Source: an uncultured Gemmatimonadales bacterium (GTDB lineage: Bacteria; Gemmatimonadota; Gemmatimonadetes; Gemmatimonadales; GWC2-71-9). Taken from it: a stretch of 64,000 nucleotides of DNA. Within the stretch, counting starts at the first letter, position 1. Every line of letters starts with the position of its first letter. The translations under genes were made by a program, and so were the position numbers. Under the pieces are notes generated by a model that saw only the letters and a program-made list of their open reading frames with translations, ran no database searches and was not told the DNA's origin. Location: contig CAWJMT010000035.1 in NCBI GenBank assembly GCA_963844035.1, positions 64,001 through 128,000 of the forward strand. The letters are read 5' to 3'. Positions 62,800-64,000 of the stretch are shown in pieces.

Positions 62800-63339
62800 A
62801 TGAACGCAGCACCGCACCGCCTGTTCGTCCTCTTGCTGGCTTTCGCCGCAGCCGCTCCGGCGGTGCGTGCTCAGGGCGCACCCGCGGCGAAACCCGCAGC
62901 CAAGCCCGCGGCGAAGCCCGCGGCCGCCGCTCCGGACACCTCCACGGCTGCTGCCATCGCGCTGCTCCGCTCGGACGTTCGTGCGGGCAAGAAGGAGCTC
63001 ATCGCGCACGCGCTCGACCTCACCCCTGAGCAGGCCAAAGTGTTCTGGCCGATGTACCAGACGTACGACGCCCAGGCCACCAAGCTCGGCGACGAGCGCG
63101 TGGCGCTGATTATGGACTTCGCCGCGCACTACGACTCCATGACGGATGTGAAGGCGCTGGAGCTGGCGACCAAGGCGACGGACCTCGAGGTGCGCCGCGC
63201 CAAGCTCCGTGCCGACCAGATCCCGATCATGTCGAAGAGCATGCCGGCCAAGCTCGTGGCCCGGTTCGTTCAGGCCGATGCGTATATCGCCAAGGCGATC
63301 GACTTGAAGCTGGCGGACGAGCTCCCGTTCATTAAGTAG
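62800..63339 (+). CDS. Exported alpha-helical hypothetical protein
   Basis: Signal peptide ..VRA, (AAKP)3 linker, LDLTPEQAKVFWPMYQTY. Confidence 0.75.
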   Translation: MNAAPHRLFVLLLAFAAAAPAVRAQGAPAAKPAAKPAAKPAAAAPDTSTAAAIALLRSDVRAGKKELIAHALDLTPEQAKVFWPMYQTYDAQATKLGDERVALIMDFAAHYDSMTDVKALELATKATDLEVRRAKLRADQIPIMSKSMPAKLVARFVQADAYIAKAIDLKLADELPFIK

Positions 63340-63364
63340 CTCCGGTAGCTCCGCTAAACGATCG

Positions 63365-63400
63365 GCGGCCGCCCCGGAATCGAGGGGCGGCCGCTTTCTT
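63365..63400 (+). terminator. Intrinsic terminator
   Basis: GCGGCCGCCCC-N8-GGGGCGGCCGC followed by TTTCTT. Confidence 0.8.
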
Positions 63401-63419
63401 GTCTCCAGCAGCGAGCGGG

Positions 63420-64000
63420 CTAGCGGCGGCGGGAGTAGAAACCGATGCCGACGCTCAGGTACTGAAAGCTGCGGGCTTCCCGGCTCAAGAAGCTGCCGGC
63501 GCTGATGGGATAGTTGTAGCGGACGTGCAGGACCGTGCCGACCGTGCCGCGCACAGGCAGCAGCAAGCCGACCTCCGGGGCCACTCCGAAGATCCAGTTG
63601 TCTGTTGTCGGTGAAGATCGCGCCGATGTTGAACTCTTGGTGGAAGTAGTACGCGCCCGCGTTGAGCCCGATGTATGGCCGGGCGCCGTATCCCGCGTGG
63701 CCGCCGTGCATAGAAGGCGCTGAGCATGAGCGGCACGGCGAACAGGTGACGATACTGTTGCCCGGAAATCGCCCCGCTCGGCAGCTGGATGAGGTCCGTC
63801 GTGTTCGTCGTAAAACTCGGAATAGCTCACCGACAGGCCGAACGAGACGTTTTCGCTCGTGAACGTCCGCAGGTCCAACCCGAAGCCGAGCCAGCTGTCG
63901 TTCTCGATGTAGTCCTTCATGTCGCCCATGGGCATCGCCCAGTCGTAGGACCAGCCAATGACCTTTTGGGCGACGGCAGGGCGCGCGGCACCGACCAGCA
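63420..64000 (-). CDS. Outer-membrane beta-barrel protein, 5' end outside the window, frameshifted
   Basis: Amphipathic strands: SWLGFGLDLR, PYIGLNAGAYY, FGVAPEVG, YLSVGIGF. Confidence 0.7.
   Translation of the reverse strand, partial: LVGAARPAVAQKVIGWSYDWAMPMGDMKDYIENDSWLGFGLDLRTFTSENVSFGLSVSYSEFYDEHDGPHPAAERGDFRATVSSPVRRAAHAQRLLCTAATRDTAPGHTSGSTRARTTSTKSSTSARSSPTTDNWIFGVAPEVGLLLPVRGTVGTVLHVRYNYPISAGSFLSREARSFQYLSVGIGFYSRRR

Overview
GC-rich (~70%) bacterial chromosomal window, mostly core genome. Gene content and order suggest Gemmatimonadota (inference, not tested). Many genes are split by single-base indels, including essential ones (dnaX, dnaJ, cinA), so the breaks are read as long-read assembly errors, not pseudogenes. 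Left to right: ggt divergent from a murQ-anmK-nagZ peptidoglycan-recycling operon; a divergent Hanks-kinase/FHA/PP2C/protease cluster facing an outer-membrane peptidase, a GWxTD protein and a kinase-PEGA-TonB fusion; gamma-CA; nrdJ; two tandem uncharacterised Zn-ribbon paralogues; marR; pyk to ltaE; a membrane-anchored JAB/MPN protein; ffs-dnaX-ybaB-recR-mglBA-pgsA-cinA-lipase-grpE-dnaJ; tRNA-Asn; a run of small envelope genes with a diguanylate cyclase; mnmA-iscS-bshB1; a TolC/adaptor/two-permease exporter with no ATPase gene; two orphan histidine kinases; outer-membrane proteins. Top candidate for an undescribed system: directly upstream of tRNA-Asn(GTT) lie a promoter, a leaderless 18-codon ORF with four Asn codons, and mutually exclusive antiterminator/terminator hairpins. 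This looks like a ribosome-mediated attenuator controlling a tRNA gene through its own cognate codon.
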